From positions 124,001-188,000 of the forward strand of contig CDRNVI010000053.1 in the NCBI GenBank assembly GCA_977017575.1: 64,000 nt of DNA, given 5' to 3'. The notes under the pieces are model-generated. The model was given only the letters and a program-made list of their open reading frames with translations, did no database searches and was not told the DNA's origin. Within the stretch, counting starts at the first letter, position 1, and every line of letters begins with the position of its first letter. The position numbers and the translations under genes are program-made. The stretch comes from Paramoeba atlantica (taxonomy: Eukaryota; Protista; Discosea). This document shows positions 1 to 11,727 of this stretch, in pieces.

Positions 1-447
1 GTGTGGGGGTTAACCAGACAATGTTCCTTAGACGGGATATACTTTCTTCCAATTTATAAATCACAGAATCTTGACATGCGTTTTACATGTGCTACATCTT
101 CTTTTCTGGAATAAAATGAACTCCACAAAAAGTAGTCAAATATTTTAAAAGTTCAATCTACTTTAATTGGGTCAATACCAAGTGGTCAATCTAGCGAATA
201 TTATACAGTAGTTTCGGCGACTGCTTACAGAAGTTTTGCGCAGCAATGAAGCAGCAAAATTGCTGCGTTGTTTTACTACTAATGACTTCAGGAAAAAAAT
301 CGGGACTGAAAATGCAAGTCAAGGATTATTCTTCTGAAAAGCAAATTCCGAATCGTTATGTTCACGTATCTACCTTTATACTTTTCGATCCACGTTCAGT
401 TTATTTTTGTTCGTACAGGTACATTTTATGATTGGAATCAGTTTTTA

Positions 448-1482
448 ATGGAGACCTCTTTATCACCAGGAAAGGAGGACGATTTGCTCAATATCGAACT
501 GAACCGACCCCATTTGCACCGAGACACGCATCATCCAAATGCTGAAGCTCAGGTGGTGACAGCGTTAAATCGAGGTTGGTCAGATATTAATCCATTGAAA
601 TGGTTTAGCCTAACCGCCGCGTGGTCTTTTTTCTATAGTGGATGTGTGCATCCGATGTATTTTGCAAGCACCCATCGACAGATCTCTGATGCCTCAACTA
701 ATGCCACATACAAAACTATATTGTCGCGCCAGTTTTGTGAGCATGGGATCCGTGGTGTTTATCGTGGCTTCTTTGCTTTATTTTTCGGAGCTTCGGTGTC
801 CGAATGGCTTTATCTAGGCACTTTGGAAATATCAAAAGAAAAGCTCCCAATGAACTCGGAAATTGCACGCGATACTGTTAGTGGTGCACTCGCGGACGTG
901 ATCTCACAACTACTTTACTGCCCGTTTGGTTTGATTGGAAACCGTCAAATGGCAGCGGGACATGGGATGTCAAGCTATCCATACATGTCGGTACCTCGAT
1001 ATTTTGTTCACATTGTCCGCACGGAAGGATGGCACGGCTTGTGGGTAGGACTCACCCCGAGCCTTCTTCTGGTTCCTAGCACAGGAATCTGGTGGGGAAT
1101 TTACGGTGCGACAAAGCGCTATCTCTACGCTCACAACTCCCTCCTCCTCTCCTGTTACGGATCCTACAAGTTCTACCTCCCGGAATCCTTCGTATCGGAC
1201 ACGGACAATATTGTGCACAACAGTATCGCAGGAGCTTTTGCAGGGCTTTGCGTCACAGGATTGGTAAACCCTGTGTGGGTAGTTCGCGCGCGAGTGCAGG
1301 TGATGCCGGAATGCGCGGAAAGAACACTGCGCCATGTAGCATGGGATGTGTGGCGGCAAAGTGGTGTACGCGGGTTTTATCGAGGAGCGGGAATGAACGC
1401 TTCTGTGTATGCTTTGGAAAGCGCATTATTCGGAACTTTATATGAATACCTAAAATACGTATCCCAGATTCGTGTTGATTAG
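448..1482 (+). CDS. Mitochondrial carrier family (SLC25) protein
   Basis: Three ~100-aa repeats with carrier-type motifs (HPMYFASTHRQ...GIRGVYRG, CPFGLIGNRQ...GWHGLWVG, NPVWVVRARVQ...GVRGFYRG). First ATG of the 358..1482 ORF is at 448. Confidence 0.9.
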   Translation: METSLSPGKEDDLLNIELNRPHLHRDTHHPNAEAQVVTALNRGWSDINPLKWFSLTAAWSFFYSGCVHPMYFASTHRQISDASTNATYKTILSRQFCEHGIRGVYRGFFALFFGASVSEWLYLGTLEISKEKLPMNSEIARDTVSGALADVISQLLYCPFGLIGNRQMAAGHGMSSYPYMSVPRYFVHIVRTEGWHGLWVGLTPSLLLVPSTGIWWGIYGATKRYLYAHNSLLLSCYGSYKFYLPESFVSDTDNIVHNSIAGAFAGLCVTGLVNPVWVVRARVQVMPECAERTLRHVAWDVWRQSGVRGFYRGAGMNASVYALESALFGTLYEYLKYVSQIRVD

Positions 1483-2902
1483 CACGTTTCAAGGATGTTT
1501 AAACGGTTGTTTAATTGGACGCACTTAAACTACTACGGATTGCTTACGCTCGCATGATCGTACGCTTAGAATGACTTGCACAATAATTTTTTTCGGTCAT
1601 GTAAATGTCGCATGGGATGAGAAATCTGTTAAAACTTTCCTTAAAAATTTAGGAATTAGGGGGGTATCCCCATATATCTGAGAAAGAAATTAAAAATTAG
1701 AGTGGATCATATTTCGATGAAGTACGACGTGCCGTATATTTTAGAGTACCGAACAGGAACCCCTTGGCGTAATTCTTATAATTCGCATTCCTATTATGTT
1801 TTGCGCTATTATAAACCCCCGCTCACGAAAAGTAATCGCCCACTTTTTTTCGTGCAAGTGTCCGTTTGAGCTGATTTTTGTTGCGTTTTGCAGATCTCAA
1901 CGCAAAGATTTCGCTAAGTTGACTTTTTTGTAGTTTTCTTTTCAGAAAAAATTGAACTTGACAGCCCCGTCCTGTTGATACCAGGGGGAGTCGTCCCAGA
2001 GTACGGGGGTGGAAAATATGCACCAAGACCTTGGCTACCCTTTCTGGGGGTGTATTTCGAAAAATATTTTTTTCAAAGTTTTCATTTTTTGTGGCGCGAA
2101 AATGTTTTGCTGCGCACGATGTGATGAATAGTGAAGAAACTTAGTGTTCTTCACTATTTTTGACAAAGTAGTTTCCTTCGCCACGTCAATAAGGAATATG
2201 CGGGTTTTTCCAGGTTTTGCCTTTCATAGGTTTCAACCCTCTTAATTAAGGACACCCTCTTTTTGGTCAAAAGTGTCCCGTAATCAAGTGTCCCTTAGCT
2301 TTGATCTGTGAGATGACCTTTGAAATCTAGTGAGTGATTGTACTGCAGGTTCTGTTGTTATCTTTTTTCTTATTTTTATACTCCGATTATTTGGGCGTGT
2401 AATTTTTTTTGCTGAGAATACCCCGGCTTAGCTCGATCCACCACACTTCGTTCCAGGCAGTGGGAGCGAAGCTCACCCCAAGGCCCAAGTATGATACTTG
2501 GGGAAGCGATACTGTATCCCTTAATTAAATGTTCCGTAATTGAGTTGTCCCGTAATTTACGTGTCCCGTATTTAAATCCGCACTGTACATGTCTCTTCCC
2601 TGTATCGCAGCGAAGCCTGGATCCCCCATACTGGCGTTATGTTTTTATTGGAAAAACGGGCAACGCTAGAACAGGGGAAGGTACATGTACGTGTATGGTG
2701 AAACTGACTAGAAAATACAAAAAAAATGCAAAATAAGAAAAATATTAGTTTTCTGCAGGAGTACTAAATGTATTTTAAATAATCGTTGTGCCACGATCAA
2801 CACGAATATTACCTTTTGAGCACTGCTAGCTAAATCTAGCCTTGTAGCGTAAATGATAACTACCGATATGAACGAATCCCATTGGTGAAGAAAGTTTCCT
2901 CG

Positions 2903-4744
2903 ATGTTATCAGAATTGGAGTCAGAGTTGCAAATAACCGAGGAGTTTCTAGCACCAGGTCATATTGATGATGATTCCATTTTGCATTGTTACAATCTAGC
3001 GTCCTTTCGAAGCTTAATTGTGGGGGGTTGCGTACCGAGTGAGACATGTATATTTTCTGACACCACGTGTAGGGGAAATAACGGAACACACAACTTAGAG
3101 AAACATGCAAACGTGGATCGTAATTCTATTCATGGTCCGCACACTTCTGCTGCGAATGTAATACCACATTGCCAACCAAAAGACAAATTTAGGGATGAGG
3201 GGAGCTCCTCTATCATGAGAAAGAATAAAAAAAACCGTGCCCCTAATTTCTATAATGAATTCAATCAAATCAGTGATAGATTCGTAACTTATGCCGTGCA
3301 ACAAGGTCAGCCTCTTTGTCCCTGTTCCATTAATTTTCAAAATCCTAAAGAGGATCGCTCAGTGAAAAGAAAAACTGGAAATAGCGATTGCAGCGACTGT
3401 ATAGAGAACTTTAGTTTAAAAACAACAATTAAGATTCAACGACTGAATGAGGATAAACTTTGTCTTTACAAGATAGGTCCTGGTGCCGTTGCGTTTCGGG
3501 CAGTAGTAGAGACTTTGGAGAGAAACGGAATGTACTATACGCCAAACACGACGTGGAATTTACTCTGGGCGAAACGAGTGCGAAACGAGGAATGGGCAAT
3601 GTGTATTTATCCTCGGAAGATAAATCACTTCCCTGGTACGCGGAAAATTTCTCGAAAGGATGGGCTACATCGCGTCATGCAACACATGCGGATGATACAT
3701 GGGGATGCATATGATTTTTACCCTGATACGTATTTGCTTCCGGCGGAGTACTCGCACTTGACGGCAAAAGAAGAGTCATTGGATTCGGCTTGGATCATGA
3801 AACCTGTGGCGAGCAGCTGCGGAAAGGGTATTTATATAACAAACACCATTTCTAGGATGGCTAAGACGGAGAGGAAAATTTTAGCGCAGCGATATATTCC
3901 GAAACCGCTACTGATAAATGGCCACAAAGTCGACCTGCGAGTATACGTAGTAGTTACAAGTTTCGTACCGCTGCGTATCTACATGTTTCGAGAAGGCTTG
4001 GTGCGCTTTGCGTCTATTCCGTATCCAGGAGACAATGCCTCTTTGAACGACACCCTGTGTCATCTGACTAATTACTCACTTAACAAGAACGAGGATTGCA
4101 TGAAGTCTATAGGGGAAATAAAATGGAGTTTCGAAAAATTTAAGTCCTGGCTCAGAGATGGTCACGACAATAGAATATGGGAGAGTAGAATTCAACCGCA
4201 ATTGAGCGACATAGCAATAAAAACATTGCTCGCCATAGAAAATGAAGTGATCGTTGAATGTCGAGAAAAATGTGCAGATTCAAGTGGACGTGGTTGTTTT
4301 GAGCTTTTTGGTTTTGATTTTCTTTTGGATGAAAAATTCCAAGCATATTTACTGGAAGTTAATATCATGCCATCACTAGCAACTAGTACTTCAATCGATG
4401 TAGAGGTTAAATATGGTTTACTAACCTCTCTGCTGAATCTCATCGGTATTGTTCCGTTTTCAAAGCAAAAACAAGTGTTGTTGGGAGACATTAGGGGAAA
4501 AGTTTGTAATGGGGCAGTGGACCATCCAGCGAAAGAATGCAGTGATACGGGAACAAAATACGTCGAAAGGATGCTTCTTCTGGAAAGTGAGGAAGAATTA
4601 TCGAGGTCCGGCGGCTTTGACAGAATATATCCTACTGCCATAACAAGAGAATTGTACGACAAATACTTCTTAGTGCCAAGATCACTCAATGGACTTTTGC
4701 ACTCTTGGGAGGAAAGGAAAACCAGAATAACTCAAAGAAATTAA
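2903..4744 (+). CDS. Tubulin-tyrosine ligase-like (TTLL4/5-type) polyglutamylase
   Basis: KINHFPG, WIMKPVASSCGKGI, QRYIPKPLLINGHKVDLRVYV, FELFGFDFLLD and LLEVNIMPSL are TTL ATP-grasp motifs. First ATG is at 2903. Confidence 0.92.
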   Translation: MLSELESELQITEEFLAPGHIDDDSILHCYNLASFRSLIVGGCVPSETCIFSDTTCRGNNGTHNLEKHANVDRNSIHGPHTSAANVIPHCQPKDKFRDEGSSSIMRKNKKNRAPNFYNEFNQISDRFVTYAVQQGQPLCPCSINFQNPKEDRSVKRKTGNSDCSDCIENFSLKTTIKIQRLNEDKLCLYKIGPGAVAFRAVVETLERNGMYYTPNTTWNLLWAKRVRNEEWAMCIYPRKINHFPGTRKISRKDGLHRVMQHMRMIHGDAYDFYPDTYLLPAEYSHLTAKEESLDSAWIMKPVASSCGKGIYITNTISRMAKTERKILAQRYIPKPLLINGHKVDLRVYVVVTSFVPLRIYMFREGLVRFASIPYPGDNASLNDTLCHLTNYSLNKNEDCMKSIGEIKWSFEKFKSWLRDGHDNRIWESRIQPQLSDIAIKTLLAIENEVIVECREKCADSSGRGCFELFGFDFLLDEKFQAYLLEVNIMPSLATSTSIDVEVKYGLLTSLLNLIGIVPFSKQKQVLLGDIRGKVCNGAVDHPAKECSDTGTKYVERMLLLESEEELSRSGGFDRIYPTAITRELYDKYFLVPRSLNGLLHSWEERKTRITQRN

Positions 4745-4816
4745 ATTGATCCTGAGCAACTACGACTTCAAGTTAGTCTCTTAGTTGGAGGGGAAAATAA
4801 TAAAAATAATTAGGCT

Positions 4817-4903
4817 CTTCGTTAAACACGGTGGTTGTTTTCAACTTAGAAGTCACTCATGCTGCGCGCTTCGCGTTGAAAACTACCTCCGCGTTTAACG
4901 AAG
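4817..4903. repeat. 87-bp imperfect palindrome, dispersed family (copy 1)
   Basis: cttcgttaaacacggtggttgttttcaac...gttgaaaactacctccgcgtttaacgaag. Other copies at 35579-35665, 40266-40352 and 52731-52844; partial copies near 10615 and 53185. Confidence 0.85.
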
Positions 4904-5159
4904 GGCCCAAAAAAGAAAATTCGGCCTGGAAAGCTAAAGAAAACACAAAGATTATAGCAAAAATTAGCCGATTTTCGGGTAAAAATGGGGTGATTTTTGG
5001 GTATTTTTGCTCTTAGAGCACTAAATCCGATATTCGCGTGTGAGAAAGCACTCGTAGGCGTGAATGAAAGCCTACTGAACGTATTGGGTAGAGAATGCGA
5101 CTCCAACCACACCATTCTTTTGACATAAAAAGACCCCTTTAAGTCCGAAAATTACTTTT

Positions 5160-5711
5160 TCGCACTTTTTGGTCAAAAATGGGCCATTTTGGGAGGCGTG
5201 CCACGGCTAGAAGAAGGGGTATCTGGGAAAAACGACGGTGTAGAAAGCTAGTATAGGTCCCAAGCTCTCAAAATACAAAAGGGAAAAAAATGTTGAAAAA
5301 ATATGTTTTTTACCATTTTTTTCGCCAAGTTGAATTTTTTTCAAAAAAAGTTTTACGAAAAAATCCGAACTTGGCGGACCCGTCCTGCGGATACGCGGGG
5401 GGGCCACCCCCGGGTAGGGGGGTGGAAAATGCGCGCCAAGACCCCGGCTACCGCTTCTGCGGGTTTTTTCGAAAACTAATTTTTTCGAAAATAAATTTGT
5501 ACAGTATGCCCCTCCCCCTAGACCCCCCCATGGACCCCCCCTAGACCCCCCCATTTTTTTCAATTTTGGACCACAGGAGCCCCCTTTTATATTTTTTTCT
5601 TCTATTATACTGTGTTTATTTATTACTGTGTTCCTCTTTATATTTTCACTGTTTTTGTTCACTTTTTTTTCAATAATCGAGGGTAGAGCGGTAGTTATAC
5701 AACCACCGCAA
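5160..5711. repeat. Dispersed intergenic module ending in a 22-nt hairpin
   Basis: Closely similar to ~46750-47280. The terminal ~90 bp also recur at ~48645-48733 and inverted at 41724-41815 and 54080-54175. A diverged internal piece lies at ~1960-2045. Confidence 0.8.
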
Positions 5712-5902
5712 CATTTATTTAAGAAAGGAATTTTTATTTCGTTTCGTGCCTTTGAGTTTCTTATGCCTTTAGCAACGAACTTCCCTTTAGTTGTGTAAGT
5801 AATATTACATTGTATTCTGCGTATCGACCGAAAAAATGTTCATTTTCAAACGCTTTTCTCTATTAAATAACTAGCATACGGTTACATACTCACTATTATA
5901 TT

Positions 5903-7249
5903 ATGGAAGTACAAGAAGAGTTCTCTGTACCCGGAGGCTCAGAACTTTGGGTGGATTGCCTTGGTTTAAAAACACGAATTAGCTTGAGGCATGGTTCGCT
6001 TTTGGCGTTGGGCTGCACTTTGTACGTGGGTGCCATTCATGAGTTTCCGGTGGGAACGAATTTGTTTTTGTCTTGCCCTAAAGAATTCACACAAGGCGCT
6101 CGGGTACTTATTGAAGGAACTGTCGAAACTAACTTGCGGAACACAACCACCTCTGCGCGCTATTCGGATCTGATAGATTTCTTGAATGCGACTCGGACGA
6201 GTTGCCGTCGCCTAGGGAGCTCTGGGCCTCGCGTACTGGTGTGTGGTCCTCCTTCCTGTGGAAAGTCAACGCTCTGCCAATTACTTTGCAACGAAGCAAT
6301 CGCGAACGATCATAGTGTTGTGTATGTAGATGGCAGTTTAACATCGAACTCCCTTGCACCTCCTGGATGCTTCTCTGCAGCCTTTTTAGAAGAATTTATC
6401 ACACCGGGTACAGGACTGCGAAATATAACTCCTTTATCATATTTTGCAGGCTCTTCTAACTTCCCGGATGGAGAGTTCGATATTTCGCACTGGAAAGAGA
6501 TCACAGAGTTACTAAAAGCTATGTATCTTGTGATTCAACAAATTATGAGTCAGCGGACTCGTTTTAGGGAAGGCGGGCTTGTAGTAGAACTTCCTTCCTC
6601 GTTGTTTCCTATGGATTTAATGAATAGCTCTGCAATGTTTGGGACTGAAAAGAGCTACGTGGCGCGCGGACTTCTAGCGTTTATTATGAGTTTTGAAATA
6701 TCGTATGTTTGCATCCTTGGCGGTGGTACGGCGTGTCAAAAATTTATTGTTGAAGCGTGTAACAATGTGCAGCTTCCAGCGTCGGTTATAGTGCGCCAAT
6801 TCGATCGTTTATCTTTTCCACACCCTCGAAAATGTGTGGAAACTTCACCGCTTAGTACGTATTTTACTGGTCGAGACGGAAATTTGATGTATTTTCGGTT
6901 GTGGATTTGCTTTGAAGACGTGAACGTCGTTATGATTACTAATCCAGAGTGTGATTTCAACCGCCATAGTAAAAATAACGTTGGACAGAGGAATGATTTT
7001 CTGGACCTTCGAAAAAATATATATGATTTACGCTTTACGCTTGCCGCAGTGTCAACAGCAGCTAAGGACAACGAAGTACGTTCCGCTAGTATCGCAGGCA
7101 TCGTGCTAATCGTAAATATTTATCCAGAGTTAGCAAAGATAGAAGTCATAAGTCCCGATCCCGGACCCTTACCTAGCCCTTACTTAGTGGTTTCACCTGT
7201 AATGAAAGTTCCTCACGAACATGTAAACCAAATGTTAACCCAGGGGTAG
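5903..7249 (+). CDS. CLP1: Clp1 polyribonucleotide 5'-hydroxyl kinase / mRNA 3'-processing factor
   Basis: N-terminal beta domain (EEFSVPGGSELWV), P-loop GPPSCGKSTLC, VDGSLTSNSLAPPG and C-terminal LISPDPGPLPS-like (VISPDPGPLPS) match Clp1 architecture. Confidence 0.85.
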   Translation: MEVQEEFSVPGGSELWVDCLGLKTRISLRHGSLLALGCTLYVGAIHEFPVGTNLFLSCPKEFTQGARVLIEGTVETNLRNTTTSARYSDLIDFLNATRTSCRRLGSSGPRVLVCGPPSCGKSTLCQLLCNEAIANDHSVVYVDGSLTSNSLAPPGCFSAAFLEEFITPGTGLRNITPLSYFAGSSNFPDGEFDISHWKEITELLKAMYLVIQQIMSQRTRFREGGLVVELPSSLFPMDLMNSSAMFGTEKSYVARGLLAFIMSFEISYVCILGGGTACQKFIVEACNNVQLPASVIVRQFDRLSFPHPRKCVETSPLSTYFTGRDGNLMYFRLWICFEDVNVVMITNPECDFNRHSKNNVGQRNDFLDLRKNIYDLRFTLAAVSTAAKDNEVRSASIAGIVLIVNIYPELAKIEVISPDPGPLPSPYLVVSPVMKVPHEHVNQMLTQG

Positions 7250-7820
7250 GTTATTCTAGAATGGACCGTGCATTTCCGTAGTCACTTCATGCAGTACTGG
7301 GTGCACTTTGCATTATGCCGTGCTTGAACTCGATAAAATATTTAACTAATTGTAAGTATCTCTGTACGATAACCAGGTGACAATGTTATTTACGATATCT
7401 TGGCGGACTTCTATTAAGTGTGAATTTAACTTTACCTGGGAAGCATAGCTACGAAGAATGTTTCAATTTAGCGGAGAGCGAAGGAGCGTGATTTAAAGAT
7501 AGTATGCAGAAAAAAAATAGAACACGTTTGCATCAAGTGTGCACAAATTAATGTATTAGGTGTGTGCATACAAAAACGCATCACACGCACGCTCACAAAA
7601 GAAGCACCCCCAAAATGTGCCAAAATGTGCGGCACAAGGCTTCGATGTACGAATTTCGGGTAAGTTATTATGCTCCATCATTCTCAATAATAGTGAACAA
7701 TGGAGCCTTTCCATTAAATCCCTATTGTTGCGTAGAGAGATGTAACATTAAGCGTTAGTTTGCCTTCGGCATACTGTGCGATCCTTTTGTAACTCATTTC
7801 CAAATTATACATAATCTTCA

Positions 7821-10175
7821 ATGTACATCACCGAAACTACGCATCGCCAACACGTAACAAGAATCGTTCTTCTGGGTTCTCACAAGAGTCGAAAACTGGC
7901 AAGTTCTGTTTCCCAGATTTCCACCTCTGTGACACCACATGAAACAATGTGTATGGACTTTGGAACAGATGTGGATGTAGGAGAATACATCACAATTACT
8001 TTTGACGACGAACACATACCTGTTGACCACACCTCGAACCCGGCAAAGCCTCGGTCAAAAAACAAAAGGGTGGAAGATTTTGTGATTATTTACCTTGACG
8101 CTGGTACAACAGAAAGTCGGCGATATCGTCTTGAAAATTGTCACGCAGCTATTGTTGTTCAGTCACACGATGAGAAACTTAGCTTTGACTTGATTGAAGA
8201 CCTCATTAGTGCAGGGATTCCCTTTATGGTGTGGTGCATTGACGGAGGACAAACAATCGCAGAAAGTTTGGTCCCCAGTGCATTACAAGAAACTCAGTGG
8301 TTTCAAGGTTGTGTTGGTCTTTCATGCAGTGCTCGTCGTGATGTATTTTCTTCCATGCGCTATTGCACGAAATATCCAATTTCACCTCTGTGGAGCAAAG
8401 AAAAGGACATGTTCACACCCGAAGCGTGGAAGGCACTCCAGAAAACCTTTTGGTTGTTAGATGTTGATAAAGACGGTTTTCTGAATGATGCCGAGGTACT
8501 TTTGTGGCACAACAAACTTTTCGGTGTTACTGAAGACAAAGACATTGAATATTTGAAATTTTTTTTGCGTCCCAAGCAAGGAAAGACCAAAAGTAAGGTG
8601 AATCAACCTGACGAGCTGCATGATTCAGAAACTATGATTGGTACAAGGGGCGTTGCTTTACATGGCTTTCTCTCTGTTACACAGGCTATGATTAAGGGAA
8701 AACTTTGTCCTTACATATGGATAATGTTACACTCCTCCGGTTTCAACGACAAGTGCCTACCATATGAAGAATCAGATTTGCAAACACTTCAAACAAATTT
8801 AGAAGTCACCACAAGCTCTTTTTACGAACTGTCAGAGTGTGGCGAACGTTTTTTTAAGAGTCTTATTGTGGACAAGAAATTCAAATCCTTTGCAGTTTTA
8901 TGGGATTTTACTCCGGAGCCTCTATGGTCGGACTACGATATTCTACGAGATAGTCAAACACATGACTCGAAATTTGACAGTAGTAAATCGGAGGTTCAGT
9001 TCTTACCTTTATTTTCGAAATGGCATCCTTCTTCACATAATACTGTGGCGAAAGGGTTGACATATCATCCTGAATACATGAAGCCTGACTTGAGGGCAAC
9101 AGCGGACCAATTTCTATTACTGTGGCGCAACGAATGTATCGCGAATTGGCGTATTGTTGCCATTTATGCGAGGTGGTGGCACTTTACAGAATCCTTGTCT
9201 TCTTTGTTTGAATTACGAACACGACTATCTTCTGCCAACACTGCATCAACGTCGACTGTTCTCCGGTCTCTCGTCATGGGACCTTCGGGGTGTGGAAAGA
9301 CATCACTAATTCGACACATCGCGTACGATATATCTCCGACGGGACTGGAAGCCAAAAAAGGAAAGGCTATAATTGGGGCACCAAAAGATGCGAAACGACC
9401 TCAAAAGTCCAAGAGATCATCATACGCCCGACGAAAGTCAAAGGACACACTTTCGTGCATAAGGAATTGGGTTATCCCAAATCCTGGCGGCGCAACCAAT
9501 GAAGTAATTTTTCCCTGTTTCATACCTCAAAATCCTTCAAGCAATATACTGGCGAAAAGAACTGAAAAGATTCAGAGAAAATCGTTAGTTCATGCGGAGG
9601 CGACTGAGTATTGCATAGCTATGGTCGATGTTGCAGAAAAAGATTGTCGTGCTTGCCTATTAGACACTTCTTTCATGTCAACAATTGACGTTATTCTGCT
9701 TCTGTTCGAAGGCAATGAAGATGGATTAGTTTTTGTTAACACCCTGCTAGCGAATTGCGTTAATCTAGGCTTGAACACACCGGTCTTAATGGTACGAACG
9801 AAGAGCGACCTTTATGTGAATCAGCCACTGAACTGTTTCTTCGATGCCGAGCTTTGTCACAAGCTCGAGCATCCCCCGATAATTACTTCTGTGGTATCAA
9901 GCGATATCTCAACTGATGTATCGAGTGAGAACAATGACATTCCTCCCAATTCTAGTTGGAACCAAGTGGGAAGCTTAATGCAACTTATTTTGGAGGCCCG
10001 GAGAGAGGGAGTCGCGAGCGTATATTGCTCTCCTACAACAGAAAGTTCACGTATTTCTCCCTCCTATTCCTTTTTGCATTGCGGAAAGCACACGGGGTAC
10101 TTCATATCTACCTGTCTTGCGTTTCTAGTCTTAGCAATCATGAAGAAGAAACTTCGGAGAGCTAATTTTAATTGA
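7821..10175 (+). CDS. MIRO: Mitochondrial Rho GTPase (Miro)
   Basis: Degenerate N-terminal GTPase domain, EF-hand LDVDKDGFLNDAEV, second GTPase with GPSGCGKTS and VRTKSD, and a C-terminal tail-anchor (YFISTCLAFLVLAIMKKKLRR). Confidence 0.85.
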   Translation: MYITETTHRQHVTRIVLLGSHKSRKLASSVSQISTSVTPHETMCMDFGTDVDVGEYITITFDDEHIPVDHTSNPAKPRSKNKRVEDFVIIYLDAGTTESRRYRLENCHAAIVVQSHDEKLSFDLIEDLISAGIPFMVWCIDGGQTIAESLVPSALQETQWFQGCVGLSCSARRDVFSSMRYCTKYPISPLWSKEKDMFTPEAWKALQKTFWLLDVDKDGFLNDAEVLLWHNKLFGVTEDKDIEYLKFFLRPKQGKTKSKVNQPDELHDSETMIGTRGVALHGFLSVTQAMIKGKLCPYIWIMLHSSGFNDKCLPYEESDLQTLQTNLEVTTSSFYELSECGERFFKSLIVDKKFKSFAVLWDFTPEPLWSDYDILRDSQTHDSKFDSSKSEVQFLPLFSKWHPSSHNTVAKGLTYHPEYMKPDLRATADQFLLLWRNECIANWRIVAIYARWWHFTESLSSLFELRTRLSSANTASTSTVLRSLVMGPSGCGKTSLIRHIAYDISPTGLEAKKGKAIIGAPKDAKRPQKSKRSSYARRKSKDTLSCIRNWVIPNPGGATNEVIFPCFIPQNPSSNILAKRTEKIQRKSLVHAEATEYCIAMVDVAEKDCRACLLDTSFMSTIDVILLLFEGNEDGLVFVNTLLANCVNLGLNTPVLMVRTKSDLYVNQPLNCFFDAELCHKLEHPPIITSVVSSDISTDVSSENNDIPPNSSWNQVGSLMQLILEARREGVASVYCSPTTESSRISPSYSFLHCGKHTGYFISTCLAFLVLAIMKKKLRRANFN

Positions 10176-11399
10176 CGGCTTTCGTTTTCAAACAGAATCA
10201 CGCGCGTGTTTCTTCTCGAGAAGAAAGTTTAAACCAAAGTTTAAACCAATGTTTTGAAGAAGAAATAGAATTTGGGATACGGCTAAAAATTAGCTGTACT
10301 GTAAAAAGTCTTTTGTACTTCGTAATAATTGTAATACTGTGACACCCCTTTAATATGCACACGTTTTTGTGGTTCTTGCATATTAAAAAGAGGGGGTGCG
10401 TAGTAAAGGAGGTCCAAAAAAGTACACTTCCCTAGTGGTGAACGTATGTCGGACCTAGTGGACTAATTTTTACTAGAAATGGTGTTTCACATGAGAGGAA
10501 TGGCAGAAGAGCTAGGGCATCGTTCAAATATTTATGGTGTACAATGCACCTAAGTGGTACAATAACCCCTAGGTACAATAAACGCGATGGAAGTTCTCAA
10601 CGTAGAAGGTACAACTGTTGCGCGTTTCGCGTTAAAAACGACCTCCTCTTTTAGCGAATAATATTTAATTTTTGGGTGTAAGTAGGGTCATTTTTTAGCC
10701 TATGTCCGGAAATTTTGTTAATGAATCTCTCGCTGATCCGGCAGCCATGGCTTCCATGTTCTAATTCCACACCTTCATATTTTGTTAAGAGTTTGCTGTT
10801 CTGCGATTTACAGGTAGCGCCAACGTACATCACCCTGCAATCAACGTCTTCCATTGCTCGCATGACAAAGCGGTTTCTTAATCCGTCTATAACCCCCCAC
10901 GAAAAATCACCCCCCCCCCTTTCCGAAATCTACAGGACCCCCCTGTATATAAAAGATATTGGAGGAGATACGGTGAGTATTTACTACTGTAACTTGCTTA
11001 CTAAGGTTAATTCGGCGAGCGTAAAATGGGTATAAAATGGGTATGAAAACGATGTTTTCAAAAATTTAAAAGCATAGATCTTTTTCATTAAAGAATCTCA
11101 GCAGTGCATCAAAAAAGAAAAAAAAACGAGTACAGTATGCAGGTTTTAAGACCTGTTTACTAAAATCGTGGCTCGGAACGCGGCTCGAAAGTGTGCGAGC
11201 TTGGAACAAAAAATCACGAAGCTGATTGATTCTTATCCCGGAATTCATAAACTACAACTTTTTAAAAGATTTGGGATTTTTTTCAGCTCCTAAACTAAAT
11301 TTCAGAACTCCGTTTTTTCTCAAAACGCGTTTCAACGTGGCCAACCTGCCACCTTTTCGCGAAAAGTAGTGACAGATAACTAGTACAGTATAAGCTTTC

Positions 11400-11610
11400 A
11401 GAGTTAAAATGGGTTACGATGGGTTCCTTGGGGAAAACATCGTTTTCTAATACCCTTTTTACGGCGGATTTCCTGAGGACCATCCCCTTCGAGCACAAGG
11501 CCGAGGACATGCATGCCAAGAGCGCCCTGCAAGGCCTACCTCCAGGCTTGTTAGCCAAGGAGTTAAGACACAACCTGTGCGAGACGGCAGTGGGGAAGAA
11601 AAGGAAGTTA
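11400..11610 (+). mobile_element. Fragment of the CRE-like retrotransposon ORF
   Basis: Translation GSLGKTSFSNTLFTADFLRTIPFEHKAE...LCETAVGK aligns with GPSGKTPFANHLFTADFLGTTPFEHKAE...LCEAALGK at ~51680-51870. Confidence 0.8.
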
Positions 11611-11727
11611 ACATTGTTCTTTGACGCTTTGTTCGCATATTAAAATTTACATTCGTATGCTTACATACGAGAGTTACATGTATTTCTGATTTTTCCTAGT
11701 GTCTTAGTGGGCAAGTCATAAAAATTC

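Noticed and set aside
4846-5662. ORFs of 84-151 aa over the dispersed module (also 46898-47283 and 34239-34586)
   Set aside because: Translations of non-coding repeats with homopolymer-driven composition (poly-K/F/G/P).
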